Source: Squalus acanthias (lineage: Eukaryota). Taken from it: 64,000 nt of DNA. Positions 25,030-37,012 of this stretch are shown one piece after another. The stretch covers positions 143,718,001 through 143,782,000 of the forward strand of contig CM059431.1 of the NCBI GenBank assembly GCA_030390025.1, given 5' to 3'. The notes beneath the pieces are model-generated. The model did no database searches. It was not told the DNA's origin and was given only the letters and a program-made list of their open reading frames with translations. Positions within the stretch are counted from its first letter, which is position 1. Every line of letters starts with the position of its first letter. The translations under genes were made by a program, and so were the position numbers.

Positions 25030-25099
25030 TGCATTGCTGAGATGTTGCCGGGTACGAGACACTGAAGAGCAGGAGTGTGAGGGTCATCACCGGGGGCAT
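25030..25099 (-). CDS. Cobalamin-binding protein (transcobalamin/intrinsic factor family)-mucin gene, coding exon 1 (signal peptide)
   Basis: ATG at 25099 translates MPPVMTLTLLLFSVSYPATSQQC: a hydrophobic core, then Cys, then a phase-1 donor GTAAGT at 25029. Exon 1 of the TCN/CBLIF family has the same layout. Confidence 0.85.
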
Positions 25100-25499
25100 T
25101 GTTGACCGCGAGCCGCGGGCCCTGTTTTAGGCCCTCCTGAGTGCAGTAGGGAGGTAGACTGGGCAGCGTGACTCGGATTGTAACCGGGAAACTGGACGGA
25201 TTGGCTCAGTGGGCTGTTTCACCTTTTAACGCGGCGGTCGGAGGCGGGCTTTAAGTGTGATGGAGTGAAGCAGTCTGTGGTGATATCAGAAATCGGGTCA
25301 TTTCGGGAGTGCTCCGTCACTGGAATTCAATTTATTTCATCTGAACAGCAGGTTACACCCACTCCGCGCTCACTGCCAGGCACCAGAAACAATCCCTGTA
25401 AACTGAGGCAGCCTCACGGTTTCTCACTCAATGCCACCGAGTGTTTAACTTGCTTTGTTTTGCGCAGTCTTTCAGGAACAGCGGTATAGGAAATGTGTT

Positions 25500-26060
25500 T
25501 AGGAACATTAAAAACAGGAGCAGGTTGTTCAGCCCCTTGAACCTGATCCGCTCTTCAGTCAGATCATGGCTGATCTGCACCTCAGCTCCATTCACCCGGC
25601 TTTGCTCCATATCCGGCGGTGCCCTGACCCAGCAGAAACATTTTGGTCTCAGTCCTGAAATCTACAATTGATCCCCAGCATCCACAGCCTTTTGGGGGAG
25701 CGAGTTACAGATTTCCACTACCCAGTCTGTGAAAAAACACTTCCTGATTTCACTCCTCAACAGCCTGGCTCCAATTTTAAGTTTGTGTCCCCTTGTTCTA
25801 GATCCCCCCACCAAAGGATCTTGTTTCTCCCTATCTGCCACATCGGAACATTTTATAATTTCAAACATCTCGATGAGATCACCCTCAATCTTCTAAATAC
25901 AAGGGAATTCAAGGCTAGTTTATGCGACCTGTCCAATGAATTTAATCCAATTTACTTCACCTGAGGAAGGAGTGATAGCTCCGAAAGCTTGTGATTTCAA
26001 ATAAAACTGTTGGACTATAACCTGGTGTTGTGCGACCTCTCAATGAATTTAACCCATTGT
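25500..26060 (-). mobile_element. CR1 LINE 3' fragment with a Penelope-type insertion at ~25950-26040
   Basis: Minus strand reads RTRGHKLKI...FFTDWVVEICNSLPQK. The insertion is flanked by duplicated caatgaatttaa. Confidence 0.75.
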
Positions 26061-26161
26061 AGTTCTGAGTAAAAACAAAACTGCGGCAAATATCAGGGTG
26101 AATTGTTCTGTTTCATGGGGCTGCAAGAAAGTGGGGATTGAGAATCTGGATTTAAAAGCAG

Positions 26162-26209
26162 CGCCCGAACAGGGACTTGAACCCTGACACTCAGATTAAA
26201 AGTCTGATG
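26162..26209 (-). tRNA. 5'-truncated tRNA-Lys(TTT) pseudogene
   Basis: The reverse complement CATCAGACTTTTAATCTGAGTGTCAGGGTTCAAGTCCCTGTTCGGGCG matches the anticodon arm, T arm and 3' acceptor strand of vertebrate tRNA-Lys-UUU, followed by a TTTT run. The D arm is replaced by a SINE-like fragment. Confidence 0.85.
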
Positions 26210-26509
26210 AGATGTTAAATCGTTGCCTCGTCTGCCCTCCCCGGTGGACACTAAATATCCCACCGCAATATTGGAAGAGGATCAGAGGCTCAATCGAATC
26301 AGCCGCCTGTTAAAGTCTGCACCTGATTTTCCATCCCATTCCATTCAATGTTAAGGAAAATCAGGCAGCTAATTCCACATCGGTCGTTTAGAACATCTAC
26401 CGAAATTCAAATTCATGTGTACAAATTCCTCTTGGAGGTCAGCTCTACAGGGACTCTATCGCACTGGCTGCCTGTTGTACCCGCCGCTTCATATTCAATT
26501 CTAGTGAAG

Positions 26510-26995
26510 CCAATGGAGCTCAATATCAGGCGGGGAGTGTAGGGGCCGATAATGGGCCCGAATATCAGGCGGGGAGTGTAGGGGGCGATAATGGGACTGA
26601 ATATCAGGCGGGGAGTGTAGGGGCCGATAATGGGACTGAATATCAGGCGGGAGTGAAGGGGCCGATAATGGGACTGAATATCAGGCGGAGAGTGTAGGGG
26701 AGCTGATAATGGGACTGAATATCAGGCAGGGAGTGTAGGGTGGCTGATAATGGCGCTGAATATCAGGCGGGGAGTGTAGGGCGGCCGATACCGGGACTGA
26801 CTATCAGGCGGTGAGTGTAGGGCGGCCGATACCGGGACTGAATATCAGGCGGTGAGTGTAGGGCGGCCGATAATGGCGCTGAATATGAGGCAGGGAGTGT
26901 AGGGCGGCCGATAATAGGGCTGAATATCAGGCAGGGAGTGTAGGGCGGCCGATAATGGGACTAAACATCAGGCGGGGAGTGTAGGGGCGGCCGAT
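26510..26995. repeat. ~38-41-bp GC-rich minisatellite, ~12 copies
   Basis: Unit gaatatcaggcggggagtgtagggcggccgataatgggact. Confidence 0.9.
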
Positions 26996-27609
26996 GCGAT
27001 TCAACCCGTTTTGCACTGCTGGTGAAGGATAATCTTAGCCTCAGGGTGTGGGATGACCAGCGCACAGTTTCACTCCCGACCTGTATGTACTTCGCAGGTG
27101 CAGCGGTTAAATCATATTTTACCTCTTAGACAGTTTGACATTGGTAAGGTACTGTCAAGCTGTCAATCTCCCCTCTGTGTAAAGAGACATACTGCTTGTC
27201 TTTTTCCTAAACTCTGCCTTCAGCAGAAGTTCTCAGTGTTCAGTGATATTGGTGGAATAATGAGATGTTAAAAGTTACCCCTTCGCAGCAGATTCCCTAT
27301 AATTGGCAGCCTTATCTCGGCCACTTCCTTCTGAAGTAACCAGACACGGATCTTGCCTGACAGGTGCCCAATGGGACACGGCAACCTACTTACCCAATGC
27401 AGGGGAGAGGCGCCTTAACAATGGCTCGGCGTCAATCACCAGTAAAATTAATCCACGGCTGAGAACTTCCCGTCAAGTGGAGCCGATCCCCCTCCAGCAA
27501 TTCATAGGAATCTGTCAACAGAATCTAATTTATAAATCACCAACAATGGAAGCAGGGAACTCCCCACTCAGCAACGGCACTGATGAAAGAAGAAAGAAGA
27601 ATGAAAGAA

Positions 27610-28050
27610 AATCAGACAGACAGAGATATTTCCTACATACAGCGCATTTCACGACCTCAGCGATTTACAGCCAATTAAGTACTTTTTGAAGTGTAGTTAA
27701 TGTTGCAATTTAGGAAACGGTACCGCCACGTTGTGCACAGCGAGGTCCAACAAACAGCAATGAGATGAATAAACAGATCATCCGTTTTTAGTGTTTTCAA
27801 GGGATAAATATTGGCCAGGTCACCGGGGAGAACTCCGATAATTTTCTTTGAAATAGTGGCATTTTTTACTTCCACCTGAGAGAGCACTTAATTCTAAGTT
27901 CTCTCCAAAAGTCGACACCTCGGACAGTGCGCCGCTCCCTCAGCACTGCACTGAAGTGTCAGCCTAGAATTATGTGCTCAAGTTTCTGGAGCAGAACTTT
28001 AACGCAAGGTTCTGAATCAAGATTGCTACCAACTGAGGCACAACTAACAC
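27610..28050 (-). mobile_element. SINE-like element
   Basis: Contains cctcagcactgcactgaagtgtcagcctaga...tgctcaagt. Its tail region recurs at ~21850-21970 and ~39580-39770. Confidence 0.55.
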
Positions 28051-28369
28051 GCTTAATGAGCCAGCTTATTAGGTGAATCTTTTCACTGTTTGGAAGCAAA
28101 TTCAATAGTAACATTTAAAATGGAATTGGATATATACGTAAAGTGGCCAAACTTGCAGTGCCAAAGGGCAGCTGAATGGACAAAGACACGATGGGCCGTA
28201 TGGCATCTTTCTGTGCTGTACCGTTCTCTGATTCTATGATTAAGGTATAACTGAGTTCAGTGAGTGAAACAGAAAGATCCAAACCGATGGATATAGATAA
28301 AGGTGTGACTGAGTACAGTGAGTGATACAGAGAGTCAGCAGCAGAGGGCGATAGAATGACATGGTGATT

Positions 28370-28930
28370 TTAACGTAGTGAAATGTCACAAGGTGGTTCC
28401 CAGGGGCGTTATCAAACTAACTGTGACACCGAGCCACAGAAGGAGATATTAGGACCGGTTGACCAGACGCTTGTTGAGAAAGGTAGGTTTTTAGGAGCAT
28501 CTGAAAGGAGAAGAGTGAGAGGTGGAGAGGTTCAGGGAGGGAATTCCACAGCTTAGGGCTCAGACAGCTGAAAGCACGGCCACCAATGGTGCAGCAATTA
28601 GAATCGGGGATGAACAATAGGCCTTAATTGGAGGAGCGCAGAGATCTCAGAGGGTTGTAGTGCTGGAGGACGTTACAGAGATAGAGAGGGGGCGAGGCCA
28701 TGGGGGATTTGAGCACGAGGATGAACATTTTAAAATTGAGGCATTGCCAGACCGCGTCAATGTTGGTGTGCGAGTCAGAAGCTCATCTCAGTGTCAAATA
28801 CGAACCCAATGTTGCGAACGGTTTAGGTCAGCCACAGAGAGTTGTCAGGGAGAGGGATGGGGTCAGTGGCGAGGGAACGGAGTTTGTGGCAGGGACCAAA
28901 GACATTGGTTTCATTCTTCCCAATAATTAG
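28370..28930 (-). mobile_element. L2-type LINE 3' fragment
   Basis: Minus strand reads GGRAFSCLSPKLWNSLPEPL...LKTYL; same family as 405-965. Confidence 0.75.
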
Positions 28931-29319
28931 TTGGAGGAATTTTTTTTTCAAAACTAGGTTTCAAACATTATCCTTTTTCTCGAAGATGAAGATTAGTTCC
29001 TGTCTCTATTCCGAGCAAAATTGTTAACACCTGCAGGAAGATCACACGTATAATTACGCTAGCATTACTAACCGGGAAATGTGTTCAAAAGTACATTTAG
29101 GAGTTGTACTGTTTTAATGTCAGTCTCATGGGCATCGCCAGCAAGGCCAAGTTTATTGTCCATCCCAAGTTGCCCCTTGAGAACGTGGTGGTGGGCCGCC
29201 ATCTTCTTCAACCGCTGCAGTCCATGTGGCAAAGGTACTCCCACTGTCCTGTTAGTTAGGATGTTATAGGATTTTGGCACAGCGACGATGAAGATACGGT
29301 GATGTATGTCCAAGTCGGT

Positions 29320-31710
29320 ATAAAAACATAAGAAATAGGAGCAGGAATAGGCCACTTGAGCCCTTGAGCCTGCTCCGCCATTCAATAAGATCATGGCTGA
29401 ACTTGGGCTCAAAGTCACTTCCCAGTCCGCTCCCCATAACCCTTCACTCCCTTATCTTGCAAAAATCTGTCTATCTCCGCCTTAAATGTATTTAATGACC
29501 CAGCCTCCACGGCTCTCTGGGGCAGAGAATTCCACAGACTTACAACCCTCTTAGAGAAGAAATTCCTTCTCATCTTAGTTCTAAAAGGGCGACCCTTTAT
29601 TCTGAAACTCCCACGAGGGGAAACATCCTCTCTGCATCTACCTTGTCGAGTCCCTTAGTATCTTATATGTTTCATTAAGATCACCTCTCATTCTTCTAAA
29701 TTCCAATGAGTATAGGCCCAACCTGCTCAACCTTTCTTCATAAGTCAACCCCCTCATCTCTGAAATTAACCTAGTGAATTGTCTCTGAACTGCCTCCAAT
29801 GCAAGTATATCCTTCCTTAAATAAGGAGACCAAAACTGTACGCAGTATTCAAGGTGTGCTCTCACCAATACACTGTACAGTTGTAGCAGGACTTCCCTGC
29901 TTTTTAACTCCAACCCCCTTGCAATAAAGCCCAACATTCCATTTGCCTTTTTGATTAATTGCTGTACCTGCATGCTAACTTTGTGTTTCATGCACAAGGA
30001 CCCCCAGGACACTCTGAACTGTAGCATTTTGCAATCTCTCTCCATTTAAATAATGATTTGCTTTTTTATTTTTCCTGCCAAAGTGGATAACCTCGCACTT
30101 TCCCACATTATACTCCATCTGCCAAATGTTTGCCCACTCACTTAGCCTATCTATAATCCCTTTGCAGATTATTTGAGTCCTCTGCACAACTTGCTTTCCC
30201 ACCCATCTTTGTATCATACACAAACTTGGCTACATTACACTTGGACCCTTCATCCTAGTCATTAATGTAGATTGTAAATAGTTGGGGCCCCAGCACCGAT
30301 CCCTGTGGCACCCCACTAGTTACCGTTTGCCAACCGGAAAATGGACCATTTATCCCGATTCTCTGCTTTATTTTAGTTAGCCAATTCTCTATCCATGCTA
30401 ATACATTACCCCCAATTCCGTGAGCTCTTATCTTATGCAGTAACCTTTTATGTGGCACCTTATCGAATGCCTTCTTGAAATCCAAATGCACCACATGCAC
30501 TGGCTCACCTTTGTCCACCCTGCTCGTTACATCCTCAAAGAACTCCAGCAAATGTGTTAAACATGATTTCCCTTTCCTAAAACCATGCTGACTCTGCTTG
30601 ACTGCAGTATGTTTTTCTAAATGCCCTGCTACTACTTCCTTAATGAAGGACTCCAGCGTTTTCCCAACGACAGATGTTAGGCTAACTGGTCTATAGTTTC
30701 CTGCTTTCTGTCTCCCTCCTTTCTTAAATAGAGGTGTTACATTTGCGGTTTTCCAATCCGCTGGACCCTCTCCAGAGACCAGGGAATTTTGGTATATTGC
30801 AACCACTATCTCTGCTTCCACTTATTTTAAGACCCTGGGATGCAGGCCATCTGGTCCAGGGGACTTGTCGTCTTTTAGTCTCATTATTTCAGCAATTACT
30901 TTTTCCTTAGTGATAGTGATTGTCTTTAGTTCCCCCTCCCTGTGGCCCCTTGATTATCCATTATTGGGATGTTGTTAGTGTCTTCTACCATGAAGACAGA
31001 TACAAAATATTTGTTCAGAGTCTCTGCCATTTCCCCGTTCCTCAATATTAATTCCCCAGTCTCATCCTCTAAGGGACCAACGTTTACTTTAGCTGCTCTC
31101 TTCCTTTTTATATACCTGTAGAAGCTCTTGCTATCTGTTTTAATATCCCTTTCTAGTTTACTCTCATAATTCATCTTCTCTCTATTAATTTGTTAGTCAT
31201 CCTTTGCTGGTTTTTAAAAATTTCCCAATCCTCTGGCCTCCCACCAAACTTGGCAACATTGTATGTCTTCGTTTTCAATTTGATACCAACCTTTACTTCC
31301 TTAGTTAGCCAAGAAATGTGCTCCCTTCTCTTAAAATCTTTCTTTCTCACTGGAGTATATTTTTGATGAGAGTTATGAAATATCTCCTTAAAGGTCCACC
31401 ACTGCATTTCAACTGTCTTACCTTTAACTTATTTTTCCAGTCCACTTTAGCCAGTTCTGCCCTCATGCCATCTTTGTTTAAGATCAGGACACTGGTTTGA
31501 GATACAACTTTCTCACCCTCCAACTGACTTTGAAATTCAACCATGCTATGATCACTCTTTCCTAGAGGATCCTTTACTATGAGATCATTTATTCATTATG
31601 TCTCATTGCACAGTACCAGATCCAAGATAGCCTGCTCCCTGGTTGGTTTCATTATATAATGTTCTAGGAAATCATCCTGGATACACTCTATGAACTCCTC
31701 CTCAAGGCTA
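29320..31710 (-). mobile_element. Degenerate CR1 LINE (end of endonuclease through RT to 3' UTR)
   Basis: [44 protein letters not shown] and HLEYCVQFWSP motifs with frameshifts. Confidence 0.92.
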
Positions 31711-32374
31711 CCATCATCAGCAAAAGATGGCAAGAAAATGTTCAGGATTATTTTTGTACATAATGTTGTAAGGAATACTTGAAGGATAACATGGGTGGAA
31801 GAAGAACCTATAACATCTTGATACCGGGAAAGACAGAAGATAAAATCTTGCAGTTAAATGGCACCTTGCAGGGCGTCGCAAAGTGTTTAGAGGACAATGA
31901 AATATTTTTAAGTGTATTCACTGTTGAAACGCGGCAGCCAATTTCTAAAGAAAAGGTCCCACAAGCAATGAGTTAAATGGCCAAATACTGAGTGCAGGAG
32001 TGAGTTTTTGTTTTAGAGATAGTAATTCCATCTCTGAGTCAGATGGTGAAGGGTTGAAGCCCCGCTCCAAACAGATCCCAACGTGTAGAGACTGAAATAT
32101 ATTCTGCACATTAGAGCTTTTCAGAAAGACCTCAAATTGAGATACACAGGTTACGATGAGATCAGGTATAGCCGTGTTGTAAAGGGAAGCAGAAAGATTT
32201 ATTTCCCTTAGCACCCGAGGGTGACTGACCGTCAGATGAACAGCGAGGGCCAGACATGGAGAGATGGTTTGCTTTTGGTCTATTGATGAACATTCCCTCA
32301 CCGTCACAACCTTGCCTTTTGGAGGAGCTGTGGCTTAGTTCAGGCAATTCTTGACATTTCCTCTGGTGGGAGAG

Positions 32375-32630
32375 ACCAGAACAATTAGAGCTAGGAAAAT
32401 TCAGGAGTGATGCCAGAAAACACTTCTTCACACAGAGGACAGTGGAGATCCAGAACTCTCTCCTCAAAAAGCTGTTGAGGCTGGGGTTCAGTCGAAATGT
32501 TCAAAATTGTGATAGATCGATTCTTGTTGGGTTAAGGAAACAAGGTGGTAGATGGAATAAGGATAGCGATCAACCATGATCTAATTGAATGGCAGAACAG
32601 GCTCAATGGGCTGAATTGCCCAGTTCTTAC
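32375..32630 (+). mobile_element. CR1 LINE 3' end fragment
   Basis: Degenerate KHFFTQR..NSL region and 3' UTR. Confidence 0.65.
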
Positions 32631-35109
32631 CTATAGAAGGAGATAGAGAGAGAATTGATAGAGAGGGGCGGTAAGATAGAGCGGGACAGAGAAAGAAAAT
32701 GAGTGACTGTCAAAGAGAGAGCTGGAAGATTAGAGGAAACAATAGCAAAGAAAGAGAGAAAAAGATATTTAAGGAAAAACAGAGAGGGATGAGAGAAGAT
32801 AGGAATAGGGGAGAGGTAAACCAATAGAGATGGAGAAAGAGAAAGAGAGAGCTCTTCCCGCTCTCCCTCCGCGTGGTTCTCCAGAAAGCGTGAACTGTTT
32901 CTATTGTGGCATAACTGCGGCTGAGAGTGCTTGGTTAGATCAGGCAGAGGCTCTCATTCGATAGTTGAGTTCGGTGGCGGTGGGGACGGGGGGAGGGGGA
33001 AGGGGCGGGGGGTTCAGCTGCATGTTACCAGAGAGTCAGAGCAGGTTTAGCATTTGGTCTCTGGTTAAGCAGATAACCAACAAGGAAAGATTTTTCTCAT
33101 TTGATCCGGAAATATTGAGGTTGGGTTGTTGATGCCAATAGAGGATTGGATAACTTGAGATGAGCAGCTGTGTCCTCTTCTCCTCACTGGGCGGACTGAC
33201 CCCTGGGTTTGTATCTGTACACCTGAGGTTCGGCTTTTCCCATCCGGTCACCCGCCAGGCACTGGTTCAATACTCAGTACTGAACCTGGGGTATTCACCT
33301 AGACCACATGCTGTTTCTCTGAGATCTTTATGTACATTGTACCTACAATCCTATTCATAGCTTGACATCTGCTGCATGTCTCATCATGCAGATGGATTTA
33401 GATTTAATCCCGTTAGCTGTGGATCAGTGATAGCACATTCGCTTCTAAACCAGAGGGCTGTGTGTTATAAGCCCCTGTTAGACGCTGGTATTCATTGTCC
33501 CAACAAATACATGTCAAGGGAGCAGATTAACCTTTAAACTTACCTCCTCAGTGAGGGGCCGTCAGGGTTTTACCTCCCAGCCTATGTCTAGAAGTGAATG
33601 ATGCCTAATATTGCTCGCTGAACTGTCTTATATCTCCCAGTTCCGACTGAGTATGAGTTCACCTCACCGACTCTCGATTAGGATCCCCACAAGCTATTGA
33701 GTGAATGATTTAAAGCTTTCTTGCCAAATCTTCAAAGAAGTCAGAAAGCAAATCATCCACTCACAACTGTTTACTGACTCCCAAATCATAATTATCATTA
33801 TTTATACATTGGGTATAATAATAATTAAGTAGAAACAGCTGTAGACAGGTTCGCCTAGCAATTTTAATAACACCCAATTAATAGGCAGACAATTAACACA
33901 ATGAATAAGAAAGGTTTTATAATCAGCTCAGTGTATCACCGTAATTCAGCATTAGCTGGATCGCTGATTATCACATTCTAGTTGAGATCAGTGTGTGAGA
34001 TGACTGCAGACTGGGTAGATTAATTGCGGATTGACTATTTGGGGATCTGATGAATTAACAGCATTAGATCACCAGACTGTGGAACAGATTGGAGGAGAAA
34101 TTCACCTCGGGCGATAGCGAATCGGCGGCTCATTGTGCGCTGGGCCCGATTCTCTTTCCCATTGACTGTGGCTTTAACCCAATCGGCAGCACATTGTGCA
34201 CTCGCCCGATTCTCTTTCTCATTGACTGTTGCTTCCACCGATGAGATGTTAACCCAGGACTTCGTCTATCTGTTCAAGTGGATCTAACAGATCCAACAGC
34301 AATGATACAAGAAGAGATGGGGAGCTGCCCAGTGAAGAATACCTATCCCTCAACTTGCTGCTTGGGTGTGAAACTTAGTGTTAGAAATCTGCGGCCTCAC
34401 AGAAACCGTTCAATTTCATTTCAATAATTCCAAACAACAGTTTTACGCCACAGTGACAAGTTTTCCCCATTCTTTCTCGAGCTGTGGGTGTCGGTGGTAA
34501 GGCCCAATTAATTACCCACTCCAATTAGCCTGAGAAGGTTCTTCTTGAACCGTTAATGTAGCTGTTTGATACAACTGAGTGGTCCACTGCGGCACTTCAG
34601 AGGGCAGTTAGAATCATAGAAAGTTACAACACGGAAGGAGGCCATTTTAGCCCATCGTGTCCGCGCCGGCCAACAAAGTGCTATCCAGCCTAATCCCACT
34701 TCCCAGCTCTTGGTCCGTAGCCCTGCAGGTTACAGCATCCCAAGTGCACATGTAAGTACTTTTTTAATTTGGTTAGGTTTCCCGTCTCTACCACGCTTTC
34801 AGGCAGTGAGTTTCAGACCCCCACAATCCTCTGGGTGAAGACATTTCCCATCAAATCCCCTCTAAACCTTCCCCCAATTATTTTAAATCTGTGCCCCCTG
34901 GTTTTTGACCCCGCTGCTAAGGGACATAGATACTTTCTATCCACATTATCTAGGCCCCTCATAATTTTTATACACCTCAATAAAGTCGCCCCTCAGCCTC
35001 CTCTGTTCCAAGGAAAACAGACCCAGCCTATCCAGTCTTTCCTCATAGCTAAGATTCTCTACTCCCGGTAACATCATTGTAAATCTCCTCTGTACCCTCC
35101 CTAGTGCAA

Positions 35110-35324
35110 ATGTGAGAAGTCGCACATCACCAGGTTATAGTCCAACAGCTTTATTTGAAATCACAAGCTTTCGGAGCGCTGCTCGATCGTCAAGTGACTT
35201 CACCTGAGGAAGGAGCAGCGCTCCGAAAGCTTGTGATTTCAAATAAAGCTGTTGGACTATAACCTGGTGATGTGCGACTTCTCACATTTGTCCACCCCAG
35301 CCCCACACCGGCATCTCCACATCA
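35110..35324. mobile_element. Penelope-type inverted-repeat insertion with target-site duplication and hammerhead-like motifs
   Basis: A ~90-bp inverted repeat flanked by cctccctagtgcaa (35096-35109) and cctctctagtgcaa (35325-35338). Confidence 0.85.
35200..35236 (+). ncRNA. Minimal hammerhead ribozyme-like motif
   Basis: tcac-CTGAGGA-A-GGAGC-agc-GCTCC-GAAA-GC-TT-gtga gives a CUGANGA box, stem II, GAAA, a UH triplet and stem I tcac/gtga. Sister copies lie at ~25957-25994 and ~37338-37372. Confidence 0.65.
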
Positions 35325-37012
35325 CCTCTCTAGTGCAATCACATCTTCCCTGTAATGTGGTGACCAGAACTGTACGCAGTACTCTAGCTGAGACCTAACT
35401 AGTGTTTTATACAGTTGAAGCATAACCCCCTGCTCTTGTATTCTATGCCACGGCTAATAAAGGCAAGCATTCCGTATGCCTTCTTAACCAACTTATCTAC
35501 CTGGTCTGCTACCTTCAGGGATCTGTGGACATGCACTCCAAGGACCCTTTGTTCCTCTACATTACTCAGTGTCCAACCATTTAATGTGTATTCCCTTTCC
35601 TTGTTAGCCCTCCCCAAATGCAGTACCTCACACTACTCCGGATTGAATTCCATTTGCCACTGTTCTGCCCACCTAACCAATTTATTGATATCTTCCTGCA
35701 GTCTACAGCTTCTTTCTTCAGCATCAACCACACAGCCGATTTTAGTATCATCTGCAACCTTCTTAATCATACCCCCTATATTCAAGTCTAGATCATTGAT
35801 ATATACCACAAAAAGCAAGGGGCCCATTACTGAGCCCTGCGGAACCCCACTGGAAACAGCCTGCCAGTCAAAAAAAAAACACACATCAACCATTAACCTC
35901 TGCGCCCTGTCTCCGAGTCAGTTTTGAATCCAACTTGACACTTTGCCCTGGATCCCATGGGATTTTAACTTCTTGACCAGACTGCCATGTGGAACCTTAT
36001 CAAAAGCGTTGCTAAAGTCCATATGCACTACATCAAACACACTACCCTCATCTACCCTCTGTTACCTCCTCAAAAAATTCAATCATATTTGTCAGACACG
36101 ACCTTCCCTTAACAAATCCGTGCTGACTATCCTTGATTAATCCGTGTCTTTCTAAATGAAGATTTATCCTGTCCTACAGAATTCTTTCCAATAATTTTCC
36201 CACCACCGAGGTTAGGCTGACTGGCCTGTAATTACTTGGTCTATCCTTTTCTCCCTTTTTAAACAAGGGTACCACATTAGCAGTCCTCCGGCACCAAACC
36301 TGAAGCCAGAGAGGATTGCAAAATGATGGTCAGGTCCTCTGCTATTTCCTCTTTTGCTTCGCTTAACAGCCTGGGATACATTTAATTCGGGCCTGGGGAT
36401 TTATCCACTTTTAAAGCTGCTAAACCCCTTAATACTTCCTCTCACTTTGTTTATTTCATCTAATATTTCACACCAGTCCTTCCTGACAGCAATGGCTGCT
36501 TCGCCCCTCTCCTTTATGAAAACATACGCAAAGTATTCATTAAGAACCCTACTGGTGTCTCCTGCCTCCACACTCAGATTACCATCATGATCTCTAATAG
36601 GCCCTATAAGCTAACATAACAGTCAACCACATTGGTGAGAAACTGGAGTAATACACAGGCCAGGTAAGTACGCCAGGTTTCCTTCCCAAAACTCGGCCAG
36701 AATAATGGTCACTGATATTTTTTTAAATTCCAGTTTCTATTAAACTGAATTCAAATTCGCAAACTGCCATCTGAACTCATGTTGTCTGGATTATTAGCAG
36801 TCTCTGGATTACTAGTCCTGTAACCTAACCACAACACTACCCTATCCTGATAGTTGAAATCTACTCCATTAACTGGCCATTTAACCCACTGCAATTTGTG
36901 GGCTTTGAGCACGAATTGCTTACCAAAGTGACTGTGCCTCAAAAGTAAGTGAAATGTGTTATAAAATACAAGTTTCTTTCTTCCTCCGATTACCTGTTCT
37001 TCTCACTGTGTA

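Larger units (their letters stand above)
34610..36610 (-). mobile_element. Degenerate CR1 LINE (RT)
   Basis: GVPQGSVMGPLLF, ADDTK, WQMEFNPE and KKAYGMLAFI motifs; interrupted at 35110-35324. Confidence 0.9.
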
